From assembly GCA_030704615.1 (NCBI GenBank), contig CM060732.1, forward strand, positions 64,294,001 through 64,358,000: 64,000 nucleotides of DNA, given 5' to 3'. This document shows, in pieces, positions 30,335 to 43,986 of this stretch. How positions within the stretch are numbered: position 1 is the stretch's first letter; every line of letters starts with the position of its first letter. Both the position numbers and the translations under genes were made by a program. A model generated the notes under the pieces. The model ran no database searches and had not been told where the DNA came from. It was given only the letters and a program-made list of their open reading frames with translations. Source of the stretch: Takakia lepidozioides (Eukaryota > Plantae > Bryophyta).

Positions 30335-32867
30335 ATGGCTGCTGGGTATGAGGACTTGGATCTCGAATCTCAGCATACTGACAGGTCTCCCTTGCTAATG
30401 GCTGACTCACCTCATGAGCATGTCATAAACGTCCGGACCGCTTCAACCGCCTTTGTGCCCTCAACTGCCGGTGTGGGGAATGGGAGCGTTTGCCGTGGTC
30501 TAAGCTCTCCCACTGTACCCCAGCAAGACGGGGTTTCTGCAGGTATTGTTCGCCTTGTGAAGGATCTGCATGGTGTGCCTCATATTAATGATCTAGTGTA
30601 GCAAGATTATGCTCTCCTGACTTTCTTGTTTGAAGTCGCTCCATGGGTACTACGTTAAGGTCAGCCAGTGCAAAACCTAATCTGTTCTCTGCAATCATAG
30701 CTGAAACTGGTAACCACATACTCGTCAAGGAGTTACTCAAGGGTTACAATGTTGAGGCGAGCCAGTACAGACACTAATCTGTTCGCTCCAATAAAGTATA
30801 GCTGAAACTTGTCACTATTACCTGTGACTGGGGCAAGTATACCTAGGTTGTCCGTCACCAAAGGGTGCTCATTGTGTGCTCACTTGTTGGCCCAGATTAT
30901 GAGCTGCACTTTCCATGCCTGGTAGCATGTGGTGGCCTTTTGGTGTTACTGGTGTGTGATGCTCTGTGTTCTGATAATTTTCCCTGTTAGGTGTTGTTCT
31001 GCAAGAGCCAAGGATATTATCTCTGCCTGTACAATGTCCTTAGATGTTCCAATGGCTTTGTTGCAGGCGAGACTTTGTCTGGAAGCTTGTCTGGCAGCTC
31101 ATCATTGTGGGGCCAGCCATCTTTTCCCCCAACAATCTCAACTGGCAGCTCTGCACCAACATCAGGCACTAGCAATGAAACTTGGCAAAGAACAAGCCCA
31201 TTGAACTCAGGGCTATGGATATCGATTGAATTTACCATCACAGTCAGCCAGATTGTTGCTTCCATCATTGTCCTCTCTCTTTCCAGAGACGAGAAGCCGC
31301 AAGCGCCCTTGTCAGCATGGGTGGCTGGTTATGCAGCAGGCTGCCTTGCTACATTGCCCCTTTTGTACTGGCGCTATACGCACCGCTATTTGCAGCGACG
31401 GGAGCAGGATTCCCTGGCTCCTCCCCTCACTTCCCCACAAGGCCCTTCAGGTTCAATGCCCCACCAATCATATGGCTCATTGACTCCAAGGTCACAGGTT
31501 GATGAATCACATCCTTCAAGGCAGGGGGTTTTGGATGATCAGAACTCAAGTAATGATGATCCGAGGTAACTAAATGGGTCTCCCTCTGCCCCTCGCTGTT
31601 GGACATCTAGATTTCACGTTGATCAGATGCAATGCTTGATATGGAGCTAGAGGAACCTGCCAAATCTGAATATGTGTTAGGAGGTATACATATGGTATGT
31701 CCTGTCCAGTGAGGCTACACTGTGGGACTGTCTAGTTATACCCTGGAATGTCTCCAGGAGCTGTGCCGGAGATAACCAGCACTATGTTTACTTGCCTGGT
31801 AGTGCCCACATGTATTTTTAGGAACCCTGGTCCACAAATTGTTCACCTTTCACAGCATACTGGCCTGTTGGCTTATTGACCTGTAGAGGCATGATAATCA
31901 TTTGACTCAACAATGCAAGAGTGGAAGTTGCCTTATCTTTATTAGAGCTTAACATAAGTTCAAAGAAGGGTATACTTTTCTGTTGAAAACAGCTGACATT
32001 ATAAAGTGTGTGGCAGGACTGGGATACTGGTTGAGAGGTTTAAGATTGCTTTGGACTGCTTCTTTGCCATCTGGTTTGTGGTGGGCAATGTGTGGATCTT
32101 CGGTGGGCACTCATCTTCAAGTGAGGCCCCCAACTTGTACAGGTAAGGTCCTTGCAACGTTTTAGTCATGAGTGAAAGTTTAGGAAGGAACCAGTGTCAG
32201 AATGTAAAAGAGTTTTTTTTGTATGATGCTTCTTGATGGTATTTCCCTGGTGTTAGTATTGAAGAATGCTCGGTGATGTCTAGGGGTTCTCACATTTGTG
32301 GGTGCATGCTGGAGCAGGTTGTGTATTGTGTTCCTCACATTCAGCTGTATAGGGTACGCCATGCCCTTCATTTTGTGCGCGACGATCTGCTGCTGCCTAC
32401 CATGCATAATTGCACTTTTAGGTTTTCGGGAGGATCCCACTCAAGGGAGAGGGGCCTCTGCTGAGTCAATTGCAGCATTGCCAACGTACAAGTTCAAGGC
32501 CAAGAGTGCTAGTGTGACGAAAATCGAGAAAGATGGAAATGAATCAGATTGCGAGGGGGCAGAGGAAGGAGGGTTGGTAGGGGTGGGCACAGGAAAGGAG
32601 ACACCGGTGTCAGCAGAAGACGCAGTTTGCTGTATCTGTCTTGGCAAGTACAAGGACAATGTAGAGCTGCGGGAGCTGCCGTGTACTCACCATTTCCATG
32701 TAGAGTGTGTTGATAAGTGGCTCAAGATCAATGCGTCATGTCCTCTCTGTAAGCATGACATTGGGGTTGTAGAAGATCCGAGTGACTCCCTCGGAGCTTC
32801 TGTCGGTGAATCCACAGAGCAGCTGGAATCTGCAGAGGGGGTGGCACTGCCAGCACCTCCCAGTTGA
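30335..32867 (+). CDS. Membrane-bound RING-H2 (C3H2C3) E3 ubiquitin ligase; exons 30335-30542, 31067-31565, 32017-32142, 32318-32867
   Basis: SPLNSGLWISIE, EKPQAPL, DCFFAIWFVVGNVWIFGG, APNLYRLCIVFL, CCICLGKY...LPCTHHFHVECVDKWLKINASCPLCK. Intron phases are consistent. Confidence 0.93.
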
Positions 32868-34563
32868 GAGTTAATTATGAACACAGCTCGTCACCCTGTC
32901 TTTGGAATGAAGTAGTGGACCAATTTAAAAAGGGCTTGAAGCCTCTATTCGAGGCAGCCCGTATGAGATGGTGGGACTTCCTCAACACTGATCCTTACTA
33001 CTGCCACCAATTGCTGGACCTATGTATAGAGGTAGAGTCAAAGAGTAGGCCAAAGTGGTCAAGAGTCCTATTTGGCACAGGACCTCCGACTGTTTGGAAG
33101 CTGAAGAGAAAGAAAGAGAATTGCAACTCTGTGACTGTACCACTCTTACATCCCCAGCCTTGCACTTGTGCGTTTCTTTTTGAGCAATCAGCAAGCGAGC
33201 AGCACTAGGTGATAACATCTCATCACATGAAAGACACCAATCGGTGGATTGAACCCACAACCACTTCGGAGATGGTATGTGCCCATACACACATACATGT
33301 ATATACATATATGACGAGCACTGGTAGTATGTGCCAGAGTTTTTTTTTTAATACCCTGGTATTAAATAACCGACCCGGCTGGTATTTGCTGTTGGTAGTA
33401 ATACTAGGGTTAATAAACCCCCTGGTATTGGCTGTTGTAATACTATGGTTAATAACCGAACCCCCCGGTATTGGCAATTCCAATCCTAGGTCAATACCCT
33501 ACATAGGCTGGTATTGACAAATGTGATACCTGTGCAATACCCCTATTATGGGCGAAAACAAGGACTATACACATGGTATAGATATAAAGTTGGACAGGTG
33601 TACATGTCAGGGTCAAGGCATGTCCAGCCCAGCCCCAAGGGCCGTCACTGTTCTTCACTTTTAGCACATGTCATGTAGGGGCGATGTCCACTTGGCATTG
33701 ACAACATCGACAAACTGGTGCTAATTTAAAGGATTGGGTGGATGACGTGCGGACGTTCCGACGGATTGCAAGGTAGTTGAGCAAGGGATCAATGATTTCT
33801 TTTTGTTGGAAGACCATATGATTTATGAATATGAGGACCTCATTGCAGATGTCGGCATGTTTGATGATGAGGCTTGCGATCATTTTTCTCTTAATTAAGT
33901 TTGCTTCAATTTTTATTTTTTTTATTGTTTTAATGAACAGGGGCAGTGGCCCTGGATTAATTTTATTAAGTTTATTAGAGGGGAAAAATATTAAAACCCC
34001 GGGGGCACACCATGAGGCACACACACCATAGTCAGTGAAAGGACGAACTAGCCTCCAGAAAGGGAAAGAGAGAGGGAAAAAAAAAACACATACACACACT
34101 AGGGCTACTAAGCCCCTATCCGAAGCAATCCCTGTAGGGGGTTGAGGAGAACATAGGCTGTAACGCCCCGAACTGATGAGACCATCAGTGAGATTCATAT
34201 CTACAACATTATTATGTAATTCAAAGTCCGGGACAGAATACTTTCGCAACAGAATATTTAATCTCTTTGTGAAATCAAAATAAACCACTTTCATCTTCCT
34301 TAGACCAACCATGATATCATTCCCTCTCGATTCATGCATTCGTCCTCTCCTCTCCTGCCCTCGAATGAAAAGCGTGCTAGGGCATCGCCGTTTTCATTTC
34401 TCCACATGCTTCCATCCTCCCACGCATCCCCTCCCTTACATCTTAATGAGCTGCAATCCCAAATGCGGCGCATCTAAAACCTTTGGCACTTGCAAAAAGA
34501 AACACCTAAGCTTATGGCAGGATAATGCTGCTGGCTTTACTTCTCCAAGTATTCCAAGCAAGT

Positions 34564-35270
34564 TGTCGCGCACCTCACTTCGATAAGCTCCCCTTCAAGT
34601 CATAATTACTCGCTTTGATGCGCGCGCCTAACTCCCAACCTGGCTGCCAGGCCAACTCGGAGTTTCGGCTGCTCACCGGGACATAACGGTCCCCTTTTTC
34701 TCCCCCAACAGACCCTCCACCAATTTCGGCCTAGTGGAAATTCCCTTTGGTAGATGGCAGTCCGGAATAGCTCCCCACTTCTTGGTCGCTTTCCGGCTCG
34801 CTCGCTTACTCACTAGTTTTTGGTCACCAACGGCCTTGCACCGTTTTCGGGGTTACTACTCCCTATATATACTTCTGTGACTGTCCGCGGGGGTTTCACA
34901 AACAACCATGCCATTTTATGGCGAACCACCACGAAGACCCTCGATTCCCGGTGATGAGTCGCGGTGAGTCTTGGCCCACCCACCACAGCTCCATTAGACC
35001 GTGGTGAGTCCCAAGACTCCCCACGACTCCCACCACAAGGTCTCCGCCCCATGGTGAGTCCTATGCCACCCCCACTAAGTCCCACTAAGCTACCTCCACC
35101 CCTTGTGGAGCCACCCCCACCGCAACCCGGTGTGCGGGGTTCCACCTAGTGAGCGCCTTGGGCACTCAAGGGTGCTTCAGCCCCCCATACCTATTGCTGC
35201 CACCGCCCCCACCACAGGGGCATCCCCTCTACGTCCCGACCCCCTGCCCTCAAGGCAAAGGGCCGCGACA
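34564..35270 (-). repeat. 3' LTR
   Basis: tgtcgcgcacc...ggccgcgaca, a direct repeat of 40328..41006. Confidence 0.95.
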
Positions 35271-38200
35271 CACACCCCTACCAACAGGGAGTCGATGTCC
35301 TCATCGACTTGTCCATTTTGTAGAAACGAACATCCAAGTTGTGGTGTCCCACATCAAAGAGTTTGTTTCCGCACCATGGCGTCCAATGGCAAAGAACCAA
35401 ACCCCACACTTGACTCTACTCTCCACTAGCTAGTTCGGCCGACTTCCTCCAAGTCCCGGCCAAGGGTGGAGCTTCTCAAGCTCCTCCCAGTGCACTCTTC
35501 TTGGCCCACTCCTCCTCAAGGATCGAATCGCCTTATTGCAACAACATTGTTTGCGACCGCTCGTGATGGTGCTTTTGGCATCACCTTGAGCAAGGGTTCA
35601 CCTTGAACCCTTTTTTACTAGGAAGATAACCTTGAACCAACCGTGCGCCCCAATCACTACAATTGGGTCCGCCTTGGAATGCTGGCCTGAGGTACGGGAA
35701 CACGCCAAAGCCGCACTACGACTTCGTCCCGAGGCTACACGTAGTTTCCGCGTTAGCCAGCACTACAAGGCAACCCCCTCGGTAGCGCAGTTATAGTACG
35801 CGCAAGCACCAAGTGCGCACTAGCACGTGAACTCCCAAAGAAGACGCAAGTTTCCTTGCCTCTTGGATGGGAGTCACCCGATTTCGGCACTACGCAAACA
35901 CACAATTAATCCAATTTACCTCTCCCACTTTGTAAGCTAGCATGCATTCTACACACTAGCCAAACAAACCATGCATCACCATTCCAAACAATTGACGCAC
36001 AACATTTGGGAACCATTTCATTTATAACAAAATTTGTACAATACAAGTTTTTGCAATCGGATTCTTGAGCTAGCTAAGCCGGGCTAAGCATGCATTTCCT
36101 CCCCCACGCTCCAAGGTTGATGTCCCCATCAACGCTTCTTTCACTTTTGAGGTCGCCCTACAACCGCCTTGGATGGGTTTCCCATTTCTAAGGCACGCAC
36201 CCAAGATGCCTCTACATGATGATAGCCCTTCTATTTCACGAGATACTCCATTTCTCGATTCTTGAACCTCCTCGACTTAAGCACTGCCTCCACCTCGTAC
36301 TCAAGTTCATTTTCATGGTCCAACAGCACAGGTGGCGGACGCAACACTTGATGGTGCTTCATCTTTGAAGTAAGGCTTCAAAAGGGAGACGTGGAATACC
36401 GGATGCACCTTGCTGTTTGCCGGCAGCTCCAAATCATACACATCCTCATTCATAACCTTCCGGATGCGAAAGGGTCTCGCATACGGAGGTACGAACTTCG
36501 GACTCACTTCCGGAGGTAGTCAAAAATTCTTGATGTTCAACCAAACCTCCGTGCCTGCCTCAAACTTAACTTCCCTCCGCTTCCGATTCGCCTGCCTTTC
36601 ATACAGTCTCCTAACTTTGGCAATGTTGTACTTTGCGAGCTTCAACAAACGCTCGCGTTCTTCCAGTACCGCCGAGCTGTTGTCGGTTCCTCAATGTCCT
36701 GGGCGGCCCAACTTGTCGGCACCAGAGGTGCTTTTCCATAGACCAATACGAAAGGGGAAACTCCCGTTGCGGAGTGTTTTGTGTTATTATAACAGAACTC
36801 TGCCGCATCCAAGTGTTCCACCCAGTCCGATTGGTCTGCCGATACGTAATTCCGTAAGATCTGCTTCACCACAGAATTCACCCTTTCCGTTTGGCCGTCT
36901 GTCGTAGGTCGGAAGGCGGTGCTCATCTTGAGCCTCATCCCCATCTTCTTCCAAAATGCCCTCCAAAATTTACTTGTAAACTTTGGATCACTGTCCGAGA
37001 CAATATCCTTCGGGAGTCCATGATGCTTGAAGACGTGGGCGAAGTAAAGTCGCCCCGTCTCCTGCGCCGTTGCCGTCTCCTTGGTGGGAATGAATTGGCC
37101 CATTTTACTGAACCTATCCACCACCACCATGATTGCATCGAATACTTTTGATAGCGGCATAGCAGTCATGAAATCCATCGAGACACTTTCCCAAGACCCC
37201 TCTGGAATCGGCAAGGGTTGTAACAGCCCCACTTGCTTTTTGTACTCGCTCCGGTTTTGTTGGCATATGGTGCATGTCTTGACATACTCATAGGCCTCCT
37301 CCCTCAGTTTGGGCCAGAAATACTCTTTCTTTAAAAGTGCCGCGGTGCGCTTGGCTCCGCCGGGCCATCATGGCATTCTCTCAAGAGGCTATCTCTGATC
37401 CCTCCCTTCGGCACGTAGAGACGTTTTTGCTTATACCGGAGCAGTCCATTTTGCAAATGAAACTGCGATTTAACCCCCATCCTCAAGTCCCGCATCACAG
37501 ACTTCACCATCTCATCCTTCCGGTAAGCCTTCCGGATCTTCCTTTGGAGCGTCGTCTCACCCTTGTACACCAACATGAGTTGTTGCTTTCTACTTAAAGC
37601 ATCGGCCACCACATTGTCTCGTCCCGGTTTGTACTAGATATCCACGTCGAACAGTGCCAAAGTGTCTTGCCACCTAATTTGTTTTGGGAACAACTTAGGC
37701 TGCGTGGTAAAATACTTCACCGTGACATTGTCCGTAAACACCTTCACCAGGTTGGAATCAATATAGTGGCGCCAAAGCTCAAGGCAATGCACCACCGCCT
37801 TCATTTCATTTTCGTGCGTAGGCCACCGTTGCTCCACTTCATTCAGTTTCTTACTTTCGTAAGCCACCGGACGTCCATCCTGCATGAGTACACCCCCAAT
37901 TGCGAAGTCCGACGCATCTGTATGGATCTCAAATGGACGGTCGAACTCCGGAATTTTGAGGACTGGAGCTTCCGCCATCCGCTGCTTCAACTCGACAAAA
38001 GCTTGGCCACAAAAGGTGTTCCATACCCAAACCTTGGATTTACGCAGGAGGTCTGACAGCGGCCCCGCGATCTTGGCAAAATTTCTCACATACTTCCGGT
38101 AATGGGAGGCGAGTCCTAGGAAGGATCGCACTCTTGGGACCGAAGTCGGAGGTTCCCAGTCCAAGATCGCCCTCACTTTTCTGTCATCCATTTTAATCCC

Positions 38201-40313
38201 GTGTAATCACATGCCCCAGGAACTCCACTTTTGTGACCCCGAATTCGCACTTTGAAGCTTTGGCATACAACTTTCCTTCCCGCAATTTCTAGAACACCCT
38301 TTTTAGGTGCTCCAAGTGCTCTTCCTTTGTTTTCGAGTACACCAAGATGTCGTCGATGTACACGATCACAAAGTCATCCAACCACTCCTGGAAAAGGCTG
38401 TTCATTAGCGTGCTAAAGGTCGTGGGTGCATTGGTGAGCCCAAAAGGCATCACCAATAACTCGTACAAACCATATCTTGTCCTGCACGCGGTCTTCTCCT
38501 TATCTCCTTCCGCCACTCGAATTTGATGATAGCCAGAGCGCAAATCGATCCGGCTGAAATACTTCATTCCTGCCAATCGATCGAAAAGGTCATCGATCCC
38601 TGGCAAAGGGTACCGGTTTTTTATAGTCATCTTATTCAGAGCCCTGTAATCGACACACATCCGCAGCGTCCCATCCTTCTTGTCTGCGAATAGCACCGGG
38701 GCTCCGTAAGGTGACTTACTCGGCCGGATGTACCCCTTTGACATTAGATCCTTGAGCTGAGTCTTCAGCTCGACCAACTCTCTGTGGCTCAACCGGTAGG
38801 GCGCCTTGCCAGGCGGCTCCGATCCCGGTATCACCTCAATCTTGTGGTCAACTCCCCTTTGCGGTGGCAGACCGCTTGGTAAATCCTCCGGCATCACATC
38901 CTGATATTTCTCCAAGATCCCATTGATCCAATTTGGGCTCGGCTCCCCATCGCCTTCTCCTTTCACTTATCTTACGTAAAGCAAAAACTGGGGCTCGTGT
39001 GTCTCCTCCACGGCCCACTCCCTTGCTGACAGAAGGTTTATTCGCCCTCCCACGGGTTTGGGCATTTCCGACACCCGTAAAACTTCGCCACCATTTCCAC
39101 ACGGCAGCGTGACTACTCTCTTGCGGCCATCTATGACCGCTCTGGATTTGCTCAAAAATGTCATCCCCGAAATGAGATCCACTCCATCGATCTCGCAAAT
39201 GGTGAAGTTTTCACGTCCCTCCCAAATCCCCGGTTGAAGAGGAACATCGAACGTCAACCTCGTCGCCAATTGTGGTTCTCCTTTGGCAAAACACACCTCA
39301 ATAGAGGCCCCCACGTCACTTGTCAGGAGCCCCAGCTTTCGTGCCGTTGCTGGTGTCATGAAGGAGTGCGACGCTCCTGTGTCCACCAACAACGACACGT
39401 TAGTTCCGGAAATTATCCCATCCACGAACAATAATTGACTTCATTTACGCAGGGCGCCAGTTTCCTGATACAACTCACAAGAGTTGTTGCCTACCTTTGT
39501 CGGGGTTTTGCGCATTTCTTAGCCATGTGCCCGAGCTCCCCGCAATTAAAACACACCCCATCGAAGGTCGCCTTCTGTCCGCCATAAGCCGCCGCACCTG
39601 ATTTTTCTTTCGGAGCACCAGGTGCCGCCTTGACGTGAGAAGGACCTCCCTTCGATTTCCACGTGCCATTGTCGCCACGTGGCCTATCCCACTTCTTTTC
39701 CGGTCGGAAAAAGTCACCCTCCCGCCGGGTCTTCTTGTGGTTCAGCTTTGTACGGCCTTGTCTTTCGCCCCTAGGGACATCCGAGAAACATTCAGCCCTC
39801 TCAATTGCCTCGTTCAAAGTCTTAAGGTGGCTTCTCCTCCAACTTCCGCCTGGCCCATGGGGCCAGTCCCGCCACAAAGTTGAAGACCGTTTCTGGAAGA
39901 GCCAGGTATTGAGTGCCTTCCGATTTTGGATGCCCTTGAAGGTGTCGGGTTCCTTAGGCTTCACCTTAAACTTTGCCTTAGTGGAAGTGGCATTAGCCGC
40001 CCTCAACACGTCTTTCAACGTCCCGCCAAACTGTGCCAACAACCCTTCCCAAAAGGCTGCTGGCATGGGAGGCATCTGTTGGTCTGTCGGAGCTCTCAGG
40101 GATTCCTCGGGCTCCGACTCCTCAGATTCCTCCCGTTCTTGAGTGTCCTCGCTTTCAAAAGCATGCATCGCTTCCTCAAATGGCCCTTCGGTGACACGTC
40201 GCCCCCATCGGGCTCACCAGGATCATCATCTTTCGAGCCGTTCCGCTTTCGCTTTGGCTTGCCCGACCCCATGATGAGGCCAATCCCAAGGACGATCGCG
40301 TACTGAACTCTAA

Positions 40314-40325
40314 GCTCTGATACCA
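40314..40325 (-). promoter_or_regulatory. Primer binding site for initiator tRNA-Met
   Basis: TGGTATCAGAGC on the minus strand, 2 nt inside the 5' LTR. Confidence 0.92.
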
Positions 40326-40327
40326 AG

Positions 40328-41006
40328 TGTCGTGCACCTCACTTCGGTAAGCTCCCCTTCAAGTCATAGTTACTCGCTTTGATGCGCGCGCCTAACTCCC
40401 AACCTGGCCGCCGGGCCAACACGAAGCTTCGGCTGCTCACCGGGACATAACGGTCCCCCTTTTCTCCCCCAACAGACCCTCCACCAATTTCGGCCTAGTG
40501 GAAATTCCCTTTGGTAGATGGCAGTCCGGAATAGCTCCCCACTTCTTGGTCGCTTTCCGGCTCGCTCGCTTACTCACTAGTTTTTGGTCACCAACGGCCT
40601 TGCACCGTTCTCGGGGTTACTACTCCCTATATATACTTCTGTGACTGTCCGCGGGGGTTTCACAAACAACCATGCCATAATATGGCGAACCACCATGAAG
40701 ACCCTCGATTCCCGGTGATGAGTCGCGGTGAGTCTTGGCCCACCCACCACGGCCCCATTGGACCGTGGTGAGTCCCAAGACTCCCCACGACCCCACCACA
40801 AGGTCTCCGTCCCATGGTGAGTCCTATGCCACCCCCACCGCAACCCGGTGTGCGGGGTTCCACCTAGTAAGCGCCTCCGCCTCCTTGAGTGCCCAAGGCA
40901 ATCAAGGGTGCTTCAGCCCCCCGTACCTATTGCTGCCACCGCCCCCACCACAGGGGCAACCCCTCTACATCCTGACCCCCTGCCCTCAAGGCAAAGGGCC
41001 GCGACA
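40328..41006 (-). repeat. 5' LTR
   Basis: tgtcgtgcacc...ggccgcgaca. Confidence 0.95.
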
Positions 41007-41407
41007 CAAGTTGCTGCATCTAAAAGAGCCGACAACAACACTGGAAGCTCGCAGAGATGGTCTATGGTGCGCGGCCACATTACGCACTCCCGCCACATTC
41101 CAAACTTCCAAGAATCAACTTGCAGGGAGTTCTTTTAATCCCCTCCACTGCATGCTCATTTCTCATGCTCACCCATAACTAAGTTCAGCTGCTATTGGTT
41201 CTAGAAGTCTTGCTTTCTCCCTCTCTATTGTGTGCTGCTTATGTTCAGTTGCAGCAGCTCAGCGCAAGCATTCCCCCGGGGTTCGTGGGCTCTCTCGTCA
41301 TCTGCTCTCTTCCTTACTCAACTTTTTCTTGCTCTCCACTTCTATCTATTTCTCTCTCAAAGCACTTTGAGCTGTCCCAACTTGGCTAATTCCTACTCCG
41401 TTGTGTA

Positions 41408-42057
41408 TTGCTTTTTGAAGCCTCTAAGCGCGGTCTCACATGGATCCTCGAAGAGCAAGCGCCAAGAGAGGGAAAAGGGGGGGGCTTCTCGCGCACCCAG
41501 AGGCAATTCGCAGGTCTGGTCCAAGAAAAATATCCCTATAGAAGGATCAGGCGGCTCCATCCTGGGCAAAGGCCCAACCTCCTTGTCCCGACCCGTCCAT
41601 CTCTGATGCCTGCAGAAGCATCATGGGAGGACACGGTCACCCCGCCTGTGGGAACGGAGCAGCTGGTGCTCGCCCTGGATAAAGAAAAAATGATAGCACA
41701 GGTCCAAAAGCTTAACCAGCGAGGAATTCTAATCTACTTCCCAGGCAAGCAGAGGTCTAGAGACGCCACCAGAAAATGGATTGTGGTGCACCTGGGGGCA
41801 GAAGGGGGATTGGCGCAGCATTTCTGTCTAGCGATGGGAAGGGGTTTTTATGCTGTAATATTCAGCTCCCCCTCAGAGGCAGAAAGGCCTTGCTCTTCAA
41901 CACCCAGCAATCATCTGTTAAAGTTTTCATATTTCCATGGATTCACGACTGGGGGCACAGGCAGGTGCTTTCAATAATATGTTTCACCTGCAATGCAAAA
42001 GGTCATGTGAAGGCAGATTGCCCAATCGGCAAAGCATCAACAAAAGGGAGTCAGTAA
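41408..42057 (+). mobile_element. L1-type LINE ORF1 remnant (DUF4283-like region plus zinc knuckle)
   Basis: ILIYFPGK...KWI...MGRGFYAVIFSS and CFTCNAKGHVKADCP, frameshifted. Confidence 0.65.
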
Positions 42058-42136
42058 GGCTTCTAACTCAGGGGCCTCACAACCTATCAACATCACCACT
42101 GAAGGCGTCCAAAATCTGCAGACCTTAGGAGCAATT

Positions 42137-42364
42137 CACTACGCCAAATCATGGTTTTTTTTACTCTTTTTTTTGGAGAGTCATGGTTTTCATGACTCAA
42201 ACCATGACTCAATGTCGTTACGGTTCAAAAATGTCGTGGGTATGACCGAAAATGACCAAAAAGGGTCGTGTATATGCCTCTATCCCGGTCAACATTGTTT
42301 GACTAGACTAGAGTCGTGATCATGGGTCACGCACATGACTCTAAATTTTTAGATTGGTGTAGTC
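42137..42364. mobile_element. Short non-autonomous CACTA-like element
   Basis: Starts CACTACGCCAA and ends TTGGTGTAGTC (imperfect TIR), with internal catgactc/gagtcatg subrepeats. TSD is not clear. Confidence 0.45.
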
Positions 42365-43579
42365 AACTCCCTTTGACCAAGATAAGGTCATTTGCATGAC
42401 TCTTATGAAAATCCATTGATGGATGATTTCATTACATGAATGAAATTTTGCTTATTTTCATTCATCGATTGGATGATTTCATCCACCTATTTCATTCGGT
42501 ACTTTTCAAGAACGCCCCCACTCTTCTTCCCACTCCCAGAGCCTACCAGGGTGACGATCGAGGGGATGCTCTGGTTAGTCAAGAAGAAAGGCAAATTGTG
42601 AAGGTCATAGTGGCAGGCCAATGGATCCTATGGTGACATACTGCTTACTGAAGCTCACTAGCATCCCTCAGTAAAGGACCTTTAAAAAAAACGTGGCTGC
42701 TCCGGAGCGGTTTAATTCTCTATTCTCTTTCCACGGCAGCAATTTCCAAAATAATAGTAATATTATTTAGTTGAAATATGTAGTATTCAAGTTCAAATTT
42801 TAGGGTTCTTGCTTTTTAGTTCACAATCACTTACACGATTTGTGAGGAGTGACTGACTGTTGTTCTTGTTCTTGTTATATTTTGACATGTGCTGGGAAGT
42901 GCAGTGGGTAGGCTTTGAAGGGGGCTTCTGCTTTCGGTGATGTTTGGGGACGGGAGGAGGATGCCCGTCAAGTGTTTGACAAAATGGTTCGTGTACTGTA
43001 TCGGTCGCAGGATATGCTCAACATGGGTGTCATAATTTAGAAATCTTCGATCATATGATGATACAGGAAGGGGTGAAGCCATCGGGGCAGCCCTAGCCAA
43101 GGTTTGCTCACAGTACTGTTGGATAAATCGTGGGCACATTGCAGGGCCTTGGCATCTTTTGGTGAAGCGGGTACTATAGGTCTCATACTTCTAGCATCTG
43201 TGTAAGTTTGGACTTGTTTGTTGTTGCTCATCGTGTAGAGCCCAATGGAGCCCAAAACAACTTGCATGAATGTTGTTGAAAACTCGCTAGCACCCGTCAG
43301 TAAAGGACTTTGTCAAAATGTTGATGCTGTCGAATTTTCGAGCACAAACCTCTACCTTGGAGCACGGAGCAGAGTTGGCATGAGTTTCGCAAAGATCCTT
43401 CATGATGGAGGGACAACCACAATTGCAAGGTGTGGGATTTTCTTAATGTACGACGTGAAGAAGTTTTTCCATCCCACAAATGTGGGCGCTTGGCTCCTGT
43501 TAGTACCCTGATTTGGTATTATTCCCGATGTTTACAAGGTTCTTTGGAGAGTCAGCTTGGTCTTAGCAGGCCGTGTTTC

Positions 43580-43840
43580 AATCTCTGCCCGCGAAGCACC
43601 GTGGTGGTTCTCACAGACCAATCCGACATTACCTGACTACGGACACAAGCAGCACTTCGACATATTTCAGCCTGTTTTGCCCTCTCATCAGACTCGGCCC
43701 TGAATTTGCGTATTGAATTCTGTAAGCTAGCTCATTGTGTGGATCTTTGGTGGTTGGAGCAATCTCTGCCCGCTCAGCTGCACCGTGGTGGTTCTCACAT
43801 ACCAATCCGACATTACCTGACTACAGACACAAGCAACACA
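43580..43840. repeat. Two direct copies of a ~78 bp segment
   Basis: caatctctgcccgc...gcaccgtggtggttctcaca...ccaatccgacattacctgactac at about 43580 and 43760. Confidence 0.8.
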
Positions 43841-43986
43841 CACACAAGAGGTCCTCTTGGGTTCCATGACACAAGGTCGATGACAACATAGCGAGGGCAC
43901 CTTCTTCTTCGACCTATTTCAGGGAGGGATTGCAGATGTGGCACAAGTGGGAGCTCTAAGACACACCATCGTCCAGTGCTTGCGGA

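Larger units (their letters stand above)
34564..41006 (-). mobile_element. Complete but decayed Ty3/gypsy chromovirus LTR retrotransposon (Galadriel-like by impression)
   Basis: Two LTRs with TG...CA ends, TSD CAAGT (34559-34563 and 41007-41011) and a PBS. Domains: gag CCHC (CFNCGELGHMAKKC), protease LVDTGASH, RT YIDD, RNase H DASDFAIG, integrase SMDF...DGQTER, chromodomain YEVEAVL near 36190-36310. Many frameshifts. Confidence 0.97.

Noticed and set aside
33350-33545. Repeated ggtatt/aatacc motifs
   Set aside because: Probably a decayed MITE-like repeat; no TIR or TSD could be defined.
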